Shown here: positions 9,963 through 20,170 of the stretch, piece by piece
Numbering within the stretch: position 1 is the first letter of the stretch
Layout of the letters: each line of letters opens with the position of its first letter
From: Spirochaetia bacterium
GTDB lineage: Bacteria; Spirochaetota; Spirochaetia; SP-2023
Assembly: GCA_965263295.1 (NCBI GenBank)
Contig: OZ253665.1
Location: forward strand, 1,920,001-1,984,000
Direction: 5' to 3'
DNA length: 64,000 nucleotides
Translations under genes and position numbers: made by a program
The notes under the pieces: generated by a model
What the model was told of the DNA's origin: nothing
What the model saw: only the letters and a program-made list of their open reading frames with translations
The model's database searches: none

Positions 9963-10301
9963 CTAACTGGCAAAAAACTGATTTATGGCCACAACGGCAG
10001 CGATAGTCACGCCACTACAACTGATCATGGCCGTCAGCGACCATCTCATAAAACTATTTATTTGCGCTTGCACCGACTCAAAACGCTTATCCACCTGTTC
10101 AAAGCGATTATTCATATCCTTTCTAAGCGTCAATATTTCACCTCGCAGATCCTGTTCAAGATGTGTTATGTGGTTTGTCTGTGCTTTAAGCACCAAAACA
10201 ATGATCTCTTCGCTCTTTAGAGCCTCATTATTGGTTACTTTTTGCATGGCTTTTTTGGCATTTTCGTCCAGCCATTGTTCAAAACTCGAATTGTCAAACA
10301 T
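9963..10301 (-). CDS. Coiled-coil protein with C-terminal membrane anchor (DUF1640/Bdr-like)
   Basis: MNNRFEQVDKRFESV heptads and hydrophobic C-terminus; GGAGG RBS upstream of ATG 10301. Confidence 0.7.
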   Translation of the reverse strand: MFDNSSFEQWLDENAKKAMQKVTNNEALKSEEIIVLVLKAQTNHITHLEQDLRGEILTLRKDMNNRFEQVDKRFESVQAQINSFMRWSLTAMISCSGVTIAAVVAINQFFAS

Positions 10302-10371
10302 GAAAAAATACCTCCAGCCCGATTCTAAACATACCCAACATATTTTACAAGCCATATTTTGGTTCCCTCAG

Positions 10372-10524
10372 AGTCTCTGGCCAAGTAACCACGAAATACA
10401 CAAAAAAAAATACGAACAACACGAAAAATTCTAAAACGCCGCGCCTGCTGCCTCCCTGGCGCCCAAAGCTCCCCCGTTTAGATTTCGTGCCCTTTCGCTG
10501 TCTTCGTGCTCTTTCGTGGTTCCC
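10372..10524 (+). repeat. Dispersed CACGAA/TTCGTG element (internally shortened copy)
   Basis: agtctctggccaagtaaccacgaaatacac... to ...ctttcgtggttccc. Confidence 0.85.
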
Positions 10525-10705
10525 TTTCAACGTTCCCCTGTCACCCACAGCTCCCCCGTCTACATTTTGTGCCTTCTTGAAAAAAAAGACGGTCGCTTGA
10601 TTTTGTGCAGAAATGGTCTTAAAATAATTGCCAATTATATATTAATTTGCTATATTAATGTATAAATCTTTAAAATTTCGCATGGTATAAAGGAGAAAAA
10701 GAACA

Positions 10706-12359
10706 ATGAGTAGTAAACTTGCCCTTTTAAGCTACCTCAAGCTACCTCAAGCTACCTCAAGCTACCTCAAGCTACCTGGCGCTTGTAGCTTTTGCTCTCG
10801 TATTTGTGTTTTCGTCATGTGACGATCCAGTAAGCGACAAAAAGTTACCCCAAAAAAATGAATCCAGTGCCATTATGATTGCAGCGCTGAGGGATATGCT
10901 TGTTGAATTCCGCGAGCAACTTGTTGCATCGGGCCTTATGGAAAAAGAGGACGTCAATGAATTAGAGACATTAAACGGTTTAGAGTTAAAGAACAAGTTG
11001 GTTTCAACAGGCATCCTAGAAGAAACTGACGTCACCGCCCTTAACGGGTCAGGTAAAAAGGCATCCAGTAAAAAGGAATCCGGTGCAAAGGGCTCTAGTG
11101 CAAAAGGATCCAGTGCAAAGGAATCCGGTGCAGAAGGCTCCGGTGCACAGGCATCTAGTACAAAAGGCTCCGGTGCAGAGGAAAGCTCATTTGCCATTAC
11201 GCTTACAAAGCTGAAGGATATACTGGTTGAACACGATATCATAGAAAAAGATGACTTCGCTGGATTAAACGATTCAGAGTTAAAGAAAAAGTTGATTGAA
11301 AAAGAAATCCTGGAAGAAGCTGACGTCATAACCTTGCGCAATGAGCCCATTTCTCTGGATTTTTTAGAAGAGCTTAAAAAATTTGTTGAAAAAGCCTTTG
11401 CATATGCAATTTCAGATGACGAATCAAGGTCAATTTTTGCTGACGAAGATGGTAATCAAGTGACCGATTATGTTGGCAAAAATAATGATGTTGCCGCTGC
11501 AATTTTATATGACGAACATGGTAGAGGGGACATTCATCATGGTGGCAGAGGGACAGCTGAATTCGAAAAATATTATTCGAATTCAGAGGCAATTGGTGAC
11601 AGTATGAAAAAATCTATGAAAAACCTCCATGCTTATCTCCAAAAAATAGGGGAAAAGTCGGATAAATCTTCAAAATATCGACATCTTGCAGAAAATGAGG
11701 ATTTTATATTTTTAAAAGATGTAATAGATAAATTGTATATTAATATACTTAAATACGAACCGAGCACAGAAGAATATAGACAGGAAATGAAACGAGATAA
11801 GTACTTAAAAATTAGTTATCTGTATCATGAAGAGTACGAAAAAATTAGTTATCTGTATCACGAACCAAAAGAGTATGTCTATGCGGACCCGTTGGTAGGA
11901 CATGATTTATCAAACGAAAATAATGAGGATAAAGCGGTAGAAATTCTTCTCAAAGCCGCTGCAGGAGCAGGGTTTGAAATTTTGGATGGAATGTTAGAGT
12001 TTACCGAAAATAATAAATCTTTAATAAACGACCACTTATCGTATAATTTAATGACATTTAAATTGAAGAAATTTAAGAGAGTATCAGATCCTATAACAAT
12101 AGTATGTAAAAAAGATGAGGAATGTAAACCGGCAATAATAATTGAGGTAGGTGGGGAATTTAAACGGAAAACATATGTGGAAGATGAGATAGATGGGGAA
12201 CCTGAAATCAAACCGTATATGACAGATGTGGAAATTAAGAAAGCAAGGGAACTGGTGCGTTCTAACGGGGAAAAAGTAAAGGGTTTTGCGGAAGATATCC
12301 TAAATTCTTTACCAGAGGATTGGAAAAACGAATTTCGCGACAAATATGATGTGATATAA
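10706..12359 (+). CDS. Phase-variable lipoprotein, paralog 1 (currently frameshifted at the 10-bp tract)
   Basis: AGGAG RBS and ATG 10706; without the tract the N-terminus reads MSSKLALLSYLALVAFALVFVFSSC (lipobox) and joins ORF 10806..12359; with 4 units it is 1 nt out of frame. Confidence 0.85.
10729..10777 (+). repeat. 10-bp tandem repeat AAGCTACCTC x4 plus 9-nt partial
   Basis: Read directly from the sequence. Confidence 0.97.
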
Positions 12360-12398
12360 TTGGTATTTGTCCGTGGGACTCTTTAATTAATAAAGAAG

Positions 12399-12435
12399 CA
12401 CCAATAGGTAAAAGGCATTCCTTTGCCTATTGGTG
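12399..12435 (+). terminator. Hairpin downstream of lipoprotein paralog 1
   Basis: caccaatagg...cctattggtg inverted repeat followed by a T-rich run. Confidence 0.5.
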
Positions 12436-12594
12436 GAATTTTTCTGCACCAATAATCGTTTTTGGTTATATATTTTTAGTACAATGAAGACGCAGATCGG
12501 CGTCTTACATTGAACAAAAGGAAGGAACTTCAGACGATGGGAAGAAGAATACGTTTATAAAAAAGAGTCATTTCTGGCATTCTCAGGAGCCCGT

Positions 12595-12901
12595 ATAAAA
12601 AATCCTAGTTAGCGGCTTTGAGCCCTTCGGAGGTGATAAAATCAATCCTGCGCTGGAAGCGGTCAGGCTCCTGGATGGCCGTCCATTGGATGGCGGCGAG
12701 GTTGTGATCTGCCAAGTACCGGTCGTTCGTTATAAATCTGTCGAAGTGGTAAAAAGGGCAATCGAAACCGAAAAACCAGATGCCGTTATCACGGTGGGTC
12801 AGGCGACTAATGGTTCTAGCCCAAGCATGGAGTTAGAGCAGATTGTTAAGGGATTACTGATTGCCGCTCAAAGCATTATTGATAATCAAAAAGACATTTA
12901 A
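12595..12901 (+). pseudogene. pcp: Pyroglutamyl-peptidase I remnant
   Basis: [18 protein letters not shown]...[11 protein letters not shown] fused directly to C-terminal [11 protein letters not shown]; start codon destroyed (in-frame TAA at 12596) and the catalytic middle is missing. Confidence 0.8.
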
Positions 12902-12904
12902 CAA

Positions 12905-14782
12905 TTACTGGCTGCAGTATTCAACCTCGCGCACAGAATTGAGGATATCCTGCTCTAGGCGACGAATTTCCGCCTGAGCTCGCTTTGCAGCTTCAGCGAC
13001 AGACCAGAAGACTTTAGGTTCGCCTTTGGCCGCTTTTTGCGAGCGCAAGCAAAATTCAAGGCCACCATTTTCCAGAGAACGCTTGCCGATTGTCAGGCGA
13101 ATCGGAATGCCGATCAGATCGGCATCCTTAAACTTGAAACCGGGGCTTTCCTCGCGATCGTCAAAGAGCACTTCCAGCCCTGCTGCCAGAAGGCTGTGGT
13201 AGACTTGCCCGGCCACATCCAGAACCTGCGGCTCTTTTTTGCCCGCCAAAGAAAGCAAATGGACTTGGTAAGGCGCGACACTGATTGGCCAAAGCAAACC
13301 GTCGGCATCATTATGTTGCTCGGCGATACAAGCAGCCAAGCGCCCGACACCTATGCCGTAAGAACCCATAAGGACCGGTTTTGGCCTGCCACTCTGATCG
13401 GTAAAAGAGCAGCCCATGGCCTCACTATAAAAAGTCCCAAGCTGAAAAATATTGCCAATTTCGACAGCTTTCGTACTTTGCAGCGGCGCAGCACAACGCA
13501 CGCACTGATGCCCCGCCGCCGCCGCACATAAATCACCGATGTAATCGGCCTCAAAGTCCCGGCCATAATTAAGCCCGCGCAAATGATAACCCTCTTTGTT
13601 GGCTCCCACAATCCAGTTATTGCCCTGAGTAATCAATTCATCGACAACCACAATGGGGCCTTTCAAGTCCGTCGAGTTTCTCGATTTCCTTAAATTCCTC
13701 AAATTTCTCAAATTTAACGGAGAGGCATAACCAGGAACGGCGCCAACGGCGCGGATTTCTTCATCCTCCGCCGGACGAAGTTCTTTGGCCCCCAGAATAG
13801 CCGCCAGCTTGGTTTCATTTAAGGTCATATCACCGGGCAAAGCCGCCGCCACCAGTCTACAATCATCTTCAGTCACTTTGGGCTTTGCGCCTGAATCTGC
13901 GCCTGACTCCGTTTCTACGGCGGCAAAACTAGCCACGAAAAAAACCATTTTGGCACACTCGCTGGCGCTTACTCCCAGAAAGGCCGAGACTTCGGCAATC
14001 GTCTTGCAGTTGGGCGTCGCGACTTGCTCTAGTGCGGCCGGCTCAGAAGGGGTCAACACCGGTTTGCGAAACTGGGCGATCTGGCGATTGGCACTGTAGT
14101 TGCACAAGGGACAAAATAAAACCGTATCCTCGCCAACCCCGCTGGCATACATAAATTCATGGGCAATACGGCCTCCCATCACGCCAGTGTCAGCAAGCAC
14201 AGCCATGGCGGGCAAGGCACAGCGGTCAAAAATGCGGAAATAAGCCCGGTAGTGCTTCTGATACTGCTCTTCAAGGCCTTCCCAGCTAGTGTCCAGCGAA
14301 TAACTATCCTTCATTACAAATTCACGCACGCGAATCAAACCCGCGCGCGGGCGCGGGTCATCGCGCCATTTGGTTTGCAGATGATACACGAGGCGAGGCA
14401 AGTCACGGTAACTGTGAATGCACTGTCGCGCCAAGTCGGCAAGCGCTTCTTCGTGAGTCATCGCAAGCGCCATATCGTGCCCCTTGCGATCGACAAAGCG
14501 CCCCATTTCGGCGCCAATCTTGTTCCAGCGTCCGCTCTGCCGCCACAAGTCGGCCGGTTGGGCCACCGGCATGCAAACTTCCTGGGCGCCGATGGCTTCC
14601 ATTTCTTCACGCAAAATAGTCGATATTTTTTGCATCACACGCAGGCCCAATGGCAAATAGCTAAAAATACCTGCCGCAACCTGGTGGATATATCCGGCGC
14701 GCAACAATAGTTCATGGCTGCGAACGCCCGCGCCCGCAGGAACTTCCTTGCGCGTCTGGCCAATTAGTTGCGACATTTTCAT
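12905..14782 (-). CDS. proS: Proline--tRNA ligase
   Basis: THEE, KWRDDPRPRAGLIRVREFVMKDSYS, insertion editing domain, GSYGIGVGR, anticodon-binding domain. Confidence 0.97.
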   Translation of the reverse strand: MKMSQLIGQTRKEVPAGAGVRSHELLLRAGYIHQVAAGIFSYLPLGLRVMQKISTILREEMEAIGAQEVCMPVAQPADLWRQSGRWNKIGAEMGRFVDRKGHDMALAMTHEEALADLARQCIHSYRDLPRLVYHLQTKWRDDPRPRAGLIRVREFVMKDSYSLDTSWEGLEEQYQKHYRAYFRIFDRCALPAMAVLADTGVMGGRIAHEFMYASGVGEDTVLFCPLCNYSANRQIAQFRKPVLTPSEPAALEQVATPNCKTIAEVSAFLGVSASECAKMVFFVASFAAVETESGADSGAKPKVTEDDCRLVAAALPGDMTLNETKLAAILGAKELRPAEDEEIRAVGAVPGYASPLNLRNLRNLRKSRNSTDLKGPIVVVDELITQGNNWIVGANKEGYHLRGLNYGRDFEADYIGDLCAAAAGHQCVRCAAPLQSTKAVEIGNIFQLGTFYSEAMGCSFTDQSGRPKPVLMGSYGIGVGRLAACIAEQHNDADGLLWPISVAPYQVHLLSLAGKKEPQVLDVAGQVYHSLLAAGLEVLFDDREESPGFKFKDADLIGIPIRLTIGKRSLENGGLEFCLRSQKAAKGEPKVFWSVAEAAKRAQAEIRRLEQDILNSVREVEYCSQ

Positions 14783-14995
14783 GGCGCCGTATTATGCGTA
14801 TTTCAAAGCCGTGAGTAAAGGGATAAAATCAAGTTCCACAAGACTTAGGCAAACCACCCAAGTTCGCGAGTGGAAGCGAGTGCCCCGCCCGCACGCGGGC
14901 CCAAATTAAAATTTAATGGAGGAGTTAATGCACTGCCAGTCGCGCTTGAATTTAATTCTTGCCATCCTGATGGCCGTTTTCGACGCAGTTAGAGC

Positions 14996-15679
14996 TTAAC
15001 GCTGTAAAGCTTCCTGCAAGAATACGATCTCGGCCTTTTGGACGGTGGCGCTAACATCGCGCGGTGGATCCTGGGCCACATCTAAAGCTGTGCGCCCTTG
15101 CTTGTCCCGCACATTGATTTGAGCTCCGGAATCTATTAATAAGCGGCTTTGTGGCAGAGCCTCAGAGCCGGCAGCCCAATGCAACGGAGTACTACCTAAA
15201 TTGTTTGCTTTATTCACATCGGCTCCAGCGGCGAGCAAAGTACTCAAAACCCGTGCATTATTGTTAAAACCTGCGGCCATATGAATGGGACGACTGCCCA
15301 TTTGATTTTCAGACTCAAGCCCGGCTCCTTGCTGCAGCAGAAAATCCAAGACTTCGGGACGATTAAAACCCGCGGCTAAAAACAGTGGAGTGCGACCATT
15401 GCTATCGCGCACATCAATATTGCCATCGCGTTCCAGTATATGCCTAGACAAAGCCACCGAGCCCCAGCCCGCCGCGTAATGCAGGTCGCTCAAAGTATCA
15501 AATTGCAGGTAATCCTTCAGCAGGGAACGCCGGGCGGCTTGCTTGGCTCTCTCTAATTCGGCTTCCCAGTCGGGAACAGATTGAAGCTTTGTTGCACTTT
15601 CTGTCACTTTAGTACTCGCACATGAAAAAAACAACAAGAGCGTTAAGCAGCAAAGCCAGATATTTATTTTGTATTCCAA
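14996..15679 (-). CDS. Ankyrin-repeat lipoprotein
   Basis: LLFFSC lipobox; GRTPLFLAA, GSRPIHMAA, GSTPLHWAA ankyrin repeats. Confidence 0.88.
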   Translation of the reverse strand: MEYKINIWLCCLTLLLFFSCASTKVTESATKLQSVPDWEAELERAKQAARRSLLKDYLQFDTLSDLHYAAGWGSVALSRHILERDGNIDVRDSNGRTPLFLAAGFNRPEVLDFLLQQGAGLESENQMGSRPIHMAAGFNNNARVLSTLLAAGADVNKANNLGSTPLHWAAGSEALPQSRLLIDSGAQINVRDKQGRTALDVAQDPPRDVSATVQKAEIVFLQEALQR

Positions 15680-15785
15680 TATTTTGTCCTCCGATTATCC
15701 ATTTTACATTAAGCAACCACAGCTTTAGCGGGCAATTTTAACGGATAACTTGCACTTTCAACCCGGCCTTTGTACATTTCTCTCA

Positions 15786-16961
15786 ATGGCTTACAAAAGT
15801 ATCCGCTTTTACAATTTTCGCAATCTGGCCGACCGCGAGATAGAGCTCAATGGCAAGATTTTCTATCTAATCGGCGAAAATGGCGCAGGCAAAAGCTCTT
15901 TCCTGGAAGCTCTGTACTTGTTAAGCTACGGCTCCTCATTTCGCGAAAAAAACCTAGAGCACTGCTTGCGCGAAAATTCCTCACCCTTGGCCATCAGCGG
16001 CAAGCTAGAGCAGCGAGGCCAGCCATACAAAATCCAGCTGCATTATAGCAGAGAAAGCTCAAAAAAAGCACCAGGGCAGAAGCAAATTAGCCTGGACGGC
16101 AAGCGCCTACAAGATCGCAAAGAACTATTGCAGCTCGCCCCAAGCATTATATTTTCCAGCAGTGACATTACTTATATCAAGGGTAGCCCCAGAGACAAGC
16201 GCCAGTTTATCGACCAAACGATCAGCCTGATCGACCCTACATACATCGACTTGGTGCGCAACTATACGCGCAACTTATTACAGCGCAACTGGATACTCAA
16301 AGACAGGCAGCCGAACCTCTTGCCAACCTATACTCTGCAGATGGCCGAAATGGGCCTAGAGATACAACGCCGCCGCACATTGAATATAGCCCGGCTCTCG
16401 GAAATATTTTCCAAGCTTTTCCATCATGTCTCCAACTTTGATACCCCCGTAACGATAGATTACCAGCCATCGTGGCCACATTTTTTAGTCGAATTAAATG
16501 CCGATAAAGCCCTGCAACACTGCCTTGAATACATAGAGCAACGCCAGCAACGTGATATTTTATCAGGTTCAAGCCAGAATGGCCCCCATCGCGACCAAAT
16601 TCAATTTAATTTTTCCAAAGGAGATCTTGAAAATAAAACAAGAGATAACTCAACTGCCGAGTTCGCCAAAGACTTTACCAAATGGGCTTCTTCGGGCCAA
16701 CTGCGCCTGGCGGCCCTCGCTCTAAAAAGCGCTCAAGCCAATTATCTGCAACAGAATGCCGATTCTCCCGGCGTTTTGTTATTAGACGATGTCCTCCTAG
16801 AGATGGACAGTACCCGCCGCAAATTATTTCTGGCGAGCCTTCCGCCCCACCGACAGGCTTTCTTTACCTTGTTGCCCAACGAAGATTACCAAAGTTATCC
16901 CTTTTCTCAGTACCAGGTTTTCCAAATACAGAAGGGCCAAGTTAGTTCCTTTGTTACATAA
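15786..16961 (+). CDS. recF: DNA replication and repair protein RecF
   Basis: NFRNL, Walker A GENGAGKS, GPHRD, ASSGQ, LLLDDVLLEMD. Confidence 0.95.
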   Translation: MAYKSIRFYNFRNLADREIELNGKIFYLIGENGAGKSSFLEALYLLSYGSSFREKNLEHCLRENSSPLAISGKLEQRGQPYKIQLHYSRESSKKAPGQKQISLDGKRLQDRKELLQLAPSIIFSSSDITYIKGSPRDKRQFIDQTISLIDPTYIDLVRNYTRNLLQRNWILKDRQPNLLPTYTLQMAEMGLEIQRRRTLNIARLSEIFSKLFHHVSNFDTPVTIDYQPSWPHFLVELNADKALQHCLEYIEQRQQRDILSGSSQNGPHRDQIQFNFSKGDLENKTRDNSTAEFAKDFTKWASSGQLRLAALALKSAQANYLQQNADSPGVLLLDDVLLEMDSTRRKLFLASLPPHRQAFFTLLPNEDYQSYPFSQYQVFQIQKGQVSSFVT

Positions 16962-16993
16962 AAAAGGCATATAGTTATTGACTTAATTAATAT

Positions 16994-17270
16994 CACGAAA
17001 GGGGGACCACGAAAAGGCACGAAGACGGCGAAAGAGTAACCACGAAAGGGGGACCACGAAATTACACGAAAACAGCGAAATGTCACGAAAGTTAGGTAGG
17101 GGAGCCGCGGGTGGAACATGGGGAGCTTTGGGCGCCAGGGGAAAGAAGAAAATGAGGCTGGATGGATGACGGGAGGCGTGGGGGCGTCCAGGCGGATGGG
17201 CGCGGTGTTTTAGAATTTTCGTGTTGTTCGTATTTTTTTTTGGTGTTTTTCGTGGTTACTTTGCCAGAGA
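16994..17270 (-). repeat. Dispersed CACGAA/TTCGTG element (inverted copy between recF and tRNA-Pro 3' ends)
   Basis: gggaccacgaaaaggcacgaagacggcgaaa... to ...gtttttcgtggttactttgccagaga. Confidence 0.88.
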
Positions 17271-17276
17271 ATAACT

Positions 17277-17349
17277 TCGGGGTGGAGGGACTTGAACCCC
17301 CGATCTTCTGCTCCCAAAGCAGACGCCTTAGCCACTAGGCCACACCCCG
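17277..17349 (-). tRNA. tRNA-Pro (TGG)
   Basis: Minus strand CGGGGTGTGGCCTAGTGGCTAAGGCGTCTGCTTTGGGAGCAGAAGATCGGGGGTTCAAGTCCCTCCACCCCGA folds as a cloverleaf; CCA not encoded. Confidence 0.96.
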
Positions 17350-17431
17350 ATTGGCTAGGATATTAACGAATTCTGGGGCTTTGTCAATCAGAGGCGAGTT
17401 CCCTTTGCTTGTTGTCGTTAATTCAGTTTTA

Positions 17432-17460
17432 GAGTCCCTGGCCGAGTAACAACGAAGAAC
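17432..17460 (+). repeat. Truncated left end of the dispersed element
   Basis: gagtccctggccgagtaacaacgaagaac matches the element left terminus. Confidence 0.6.
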
Positions 17461-17614
17461 TCACTGGTTTTAATTATCGCAGCCGTCTTGAAAAAAGACG
17501 GGTGCTTGATTTTGTGCAGAAATGGTCTTAAAATAATTGCCAATTATATATTAATTTGCTATATTAATGTATAAATCTTTAAAATTTCGCATGGTATAAA
17601 GGAGAAAAAGAACA

Positions 17615-19257
17615 ATGAGTAGTAAACTTGCCCTTTTAAGCTACCTCAAGCTACCTCAAGCTACCTCAAGCTACCTCAAGCTACCTCAAGCTACCTCAAG
17701 CTACCTCAAGCTACCTCAAGCTACCTCAAGCTACCTCAAGCTACCTCAAGCTACCTCAAGCTACCTCAAGCTACCTCAAGCTACCTGGCGCTTGTAGCTT
17801 TTGCTCTCGTATTTGTGTTTTCGTCATGTGACGATCCAGTAAGCGACAAAAAGTTACCCCAAAAAAATGAATCCAGTGCCATTACGGTTGCAGCGCTGAG
17901 GGATATGCTTGTTGAATTCCGCGAGCAACTTGTTGCATCGAAACTTATGACAAAAGAGGACGTCAATGAATTAGAGACATTAAACGGTTTAGAGTTAAAG
18001 AACAAGTTGGTTTCAACAGGCATCCTAGAAGAAACTGACGTCACCGCCCTTAACGGGTCAGGTAAAAAGGCATCCAGTAAAAAGGAATCCGGTGCAGAAG
18101 GATCCAGTGCACAGGCATCCAGTAAAAAGGAATCCAGTAAAAAGGAATCCAGTGAGAAGGAATCCGGTGCAGAAGGCTCCGGTGCAAAAGAAAGCGCATT
18201 TGCCATTACGCTTACAAAGCTGAAGGATATACTTGTTGACAACAAGATCATAGAAGAAGCTGAAGTCGCTGGATTAGACGATTCAGGTTTAAAGGAAAAG
18301 TTGCTTGAAAAGGAAATCCTGGAAGAAGCTGACGTCATAACCTTGCGCAAGCCAGAGTCGACGAAGGAACCTATTTCTCTGGATTTTTTAGAAGAGCTTA
18401 AAAAATTTGTTGAAAAAGTCTCTGCATATTCAATTTCAGATGGCAAATCAAGGTCAATTTTCGATGACGAAGACGGTAAAGAGATATACGATTATGTAAT
18501 CGGAGAGAGAGACGTAACGCCGAAATCGCAAGCACATCTTGCCGTAAGAAGAAGAATTGTTAATGATGCTAAAAATACCATAAAGAATTCTACTACTACA
18601 TTGAAAAAAATAGATCATAAATTGGCCAATTCTCCGAAATATCAAATTTTAGCAACAGATGAAAATTTTATAGGACTGAAAGATTTAGTTGATAAAGTGT
18701 ATAGTGATATACTTAAAAGCGAAACTCAAGATCAAGAAGGTCCAACTTATCCCGATGAAGTTTTTGAACCGTATAAATATTCTGACCCCTTGATTGAATA
18801 CAATCTTTCACAAGAGGAAAATGAGGATAAAGCGGTAGAAATTCTTCTCAAAGCCACTGCAGGAGCAGGGTTTGAATTTTTGGATGAAGTGTTAGAGATT
18901 ACCGAAAATAATAAATCTTTAATAAACGACCACTTATCGTATAATTTAATGACATTTAAATTGAAGAAATTTAAGAGAGTATCAGATCCTATAACAATAG
19001 TATGTAAAAAAGATGAGGAATGTAAACCGGCAATATTAATTGAGGTAGATGGGAAATTTAAACGGAAAACATATGAGGAAGATGAGATAGATGGGGAACC
19101 TGAAATCAAACCGTATATGACAGATGTGGAAATTAAGAAAGCAAGGGAACTGGTGCGTTCTAACGGGGAAAAAGTAAAGGGTTTTGCGGAAGATATCCTA
19201 AATTCTTTACCAGAGGATTGGAAAAACGAATTTCGCGACAAATATGATGTGATATAA
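17615..19257 (+). CDS. Phase-variable lipoprotein, paralog 2 (currently frameshifted at the 10-bp tract)
   Basis: Same RBS and N-terminus as paralog 1; ATG 17615 is 200 nt from the VFSSC frame (ORF 17815..19257), so out of frame with 14 units. Confidence 0.85.
17638..17786 (+). repeat. 10-bp tandem repeat AAGCTACCTC x14 plus 9-nt partial
   Basis: Read directly from the sequence. Confidence 0.97.
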
Positions 19258-19372
19258 GCGTCGGTTCATTGAATAAAATATTGCCAGCGGGTTCGCCGGC
19301 CGATGTATGCCATTGTATCCTTTTATATCCCTTGGGCTACGGTCTGGTGAATCTGGAGACAGGAGAAGATAA

Positions 19373-20125
19373 ATGCTGATCGAAGTTTGTTGCGGGTCCG
19401 TCGATGATGCCATTTGTTCACAAGAGGCTGGCGCCCAGCGGGTTGAACTGAATTCCTCAATGTTCCTCGGTGGAATCACACCGAGCCTGGGGGCGCTCAT
19501 CGAGGCGAAGCAATCCCTGCACATTCCTGTGGTTGCAATGATACGGCCGCGGAATGGCGGATTCTGTTACACAGACAGCGAATTCAAAGTGATGCAGCAC
19601 GATGCCAAAGCTTTTATCGACGCGGGAGCCGACGGCATTATTTTTGGAATTTTAGAGCCAGATGGCGGCATAGATCGACGACGGAACCGCATTTTGGCGG
19701 AGCTTGGTCAAAAGGCTGGTATTGACGTGGCCTTTCACCGGGCATTTGATGTCGTGCCCGACTGGCGAGCGGCCCTGGAAGAGCTCATAGCGCTGGGCAT
19801 TCAGCGGATTTTGACCACGGGGCAACGCGCCCGGATTGAAGATGGCGCGCATACGGTTCGGCAAATCGTTCAGCAGGCGGACGGGCGCATTGAAATCCTG
19901 CCTGGGGGAATGCGCCCCGACAACATTTGCCCGCTTTCGACTTACATGGGCACAAATCAGGCCCATATTGCCTCTTTTACGGCTCAGCGCGATACGTCCT
20001 GCCAGCACAATCAGGAGCTGTATTTTGGCGGCGCCCTGTATCCGCCCGAAATGCGCTTTGACACAATTGATCCGGGTTTTATCGCGGCGACACTGGCCGA
20101 GCTAAAAAACTTGCAGAAAGATTGA
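19373..20125 (+). CDS. cutC: Copper homeostasis protein CutC family
   Basis: IEVCC, RVELNS, GGITPS, MIRPRNGGFCY, FHRAFD motifs. Confidence 0.93.
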   Translation: MLIEVCCGSVDDAICSQEAGAQRVELNSSMFLGGITPSLGALIEAKQSLHIPVVAMIRPRNGGFCYTDSEFKVMQHDAKAFIDAGADGIIFGILEPDGGIDRRRNRILAELGQKAGIDVAFHRAFDVVPDWRAALEELIALGIQRILTTGQRARIEDGAHTVRQIVQQADGRIEILPGGMRPDNICPLSTYMGTNQAHIASFTAQRDTSCQHNQELYFGGALYPPEMRFDTIDPGFIAATLAELKNLQKD

Positions 20126-20170
20126 CATGCCTCAACATTGCCATTTGACGGTCATTGACGGCCGTTGACA

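Noticed and set aside
14830..14990. T-box riboswitch upstream of proS
   Set aside because: TTGGGTGGTTTGCC lacks the TGGNACC T-box motif and no terminator or stem I is evident; may be another repeat type
17638..17786. CRISPR array
   Set aside because: Head-to-tail 10-bp units with no spacers, and no cas genes in the window
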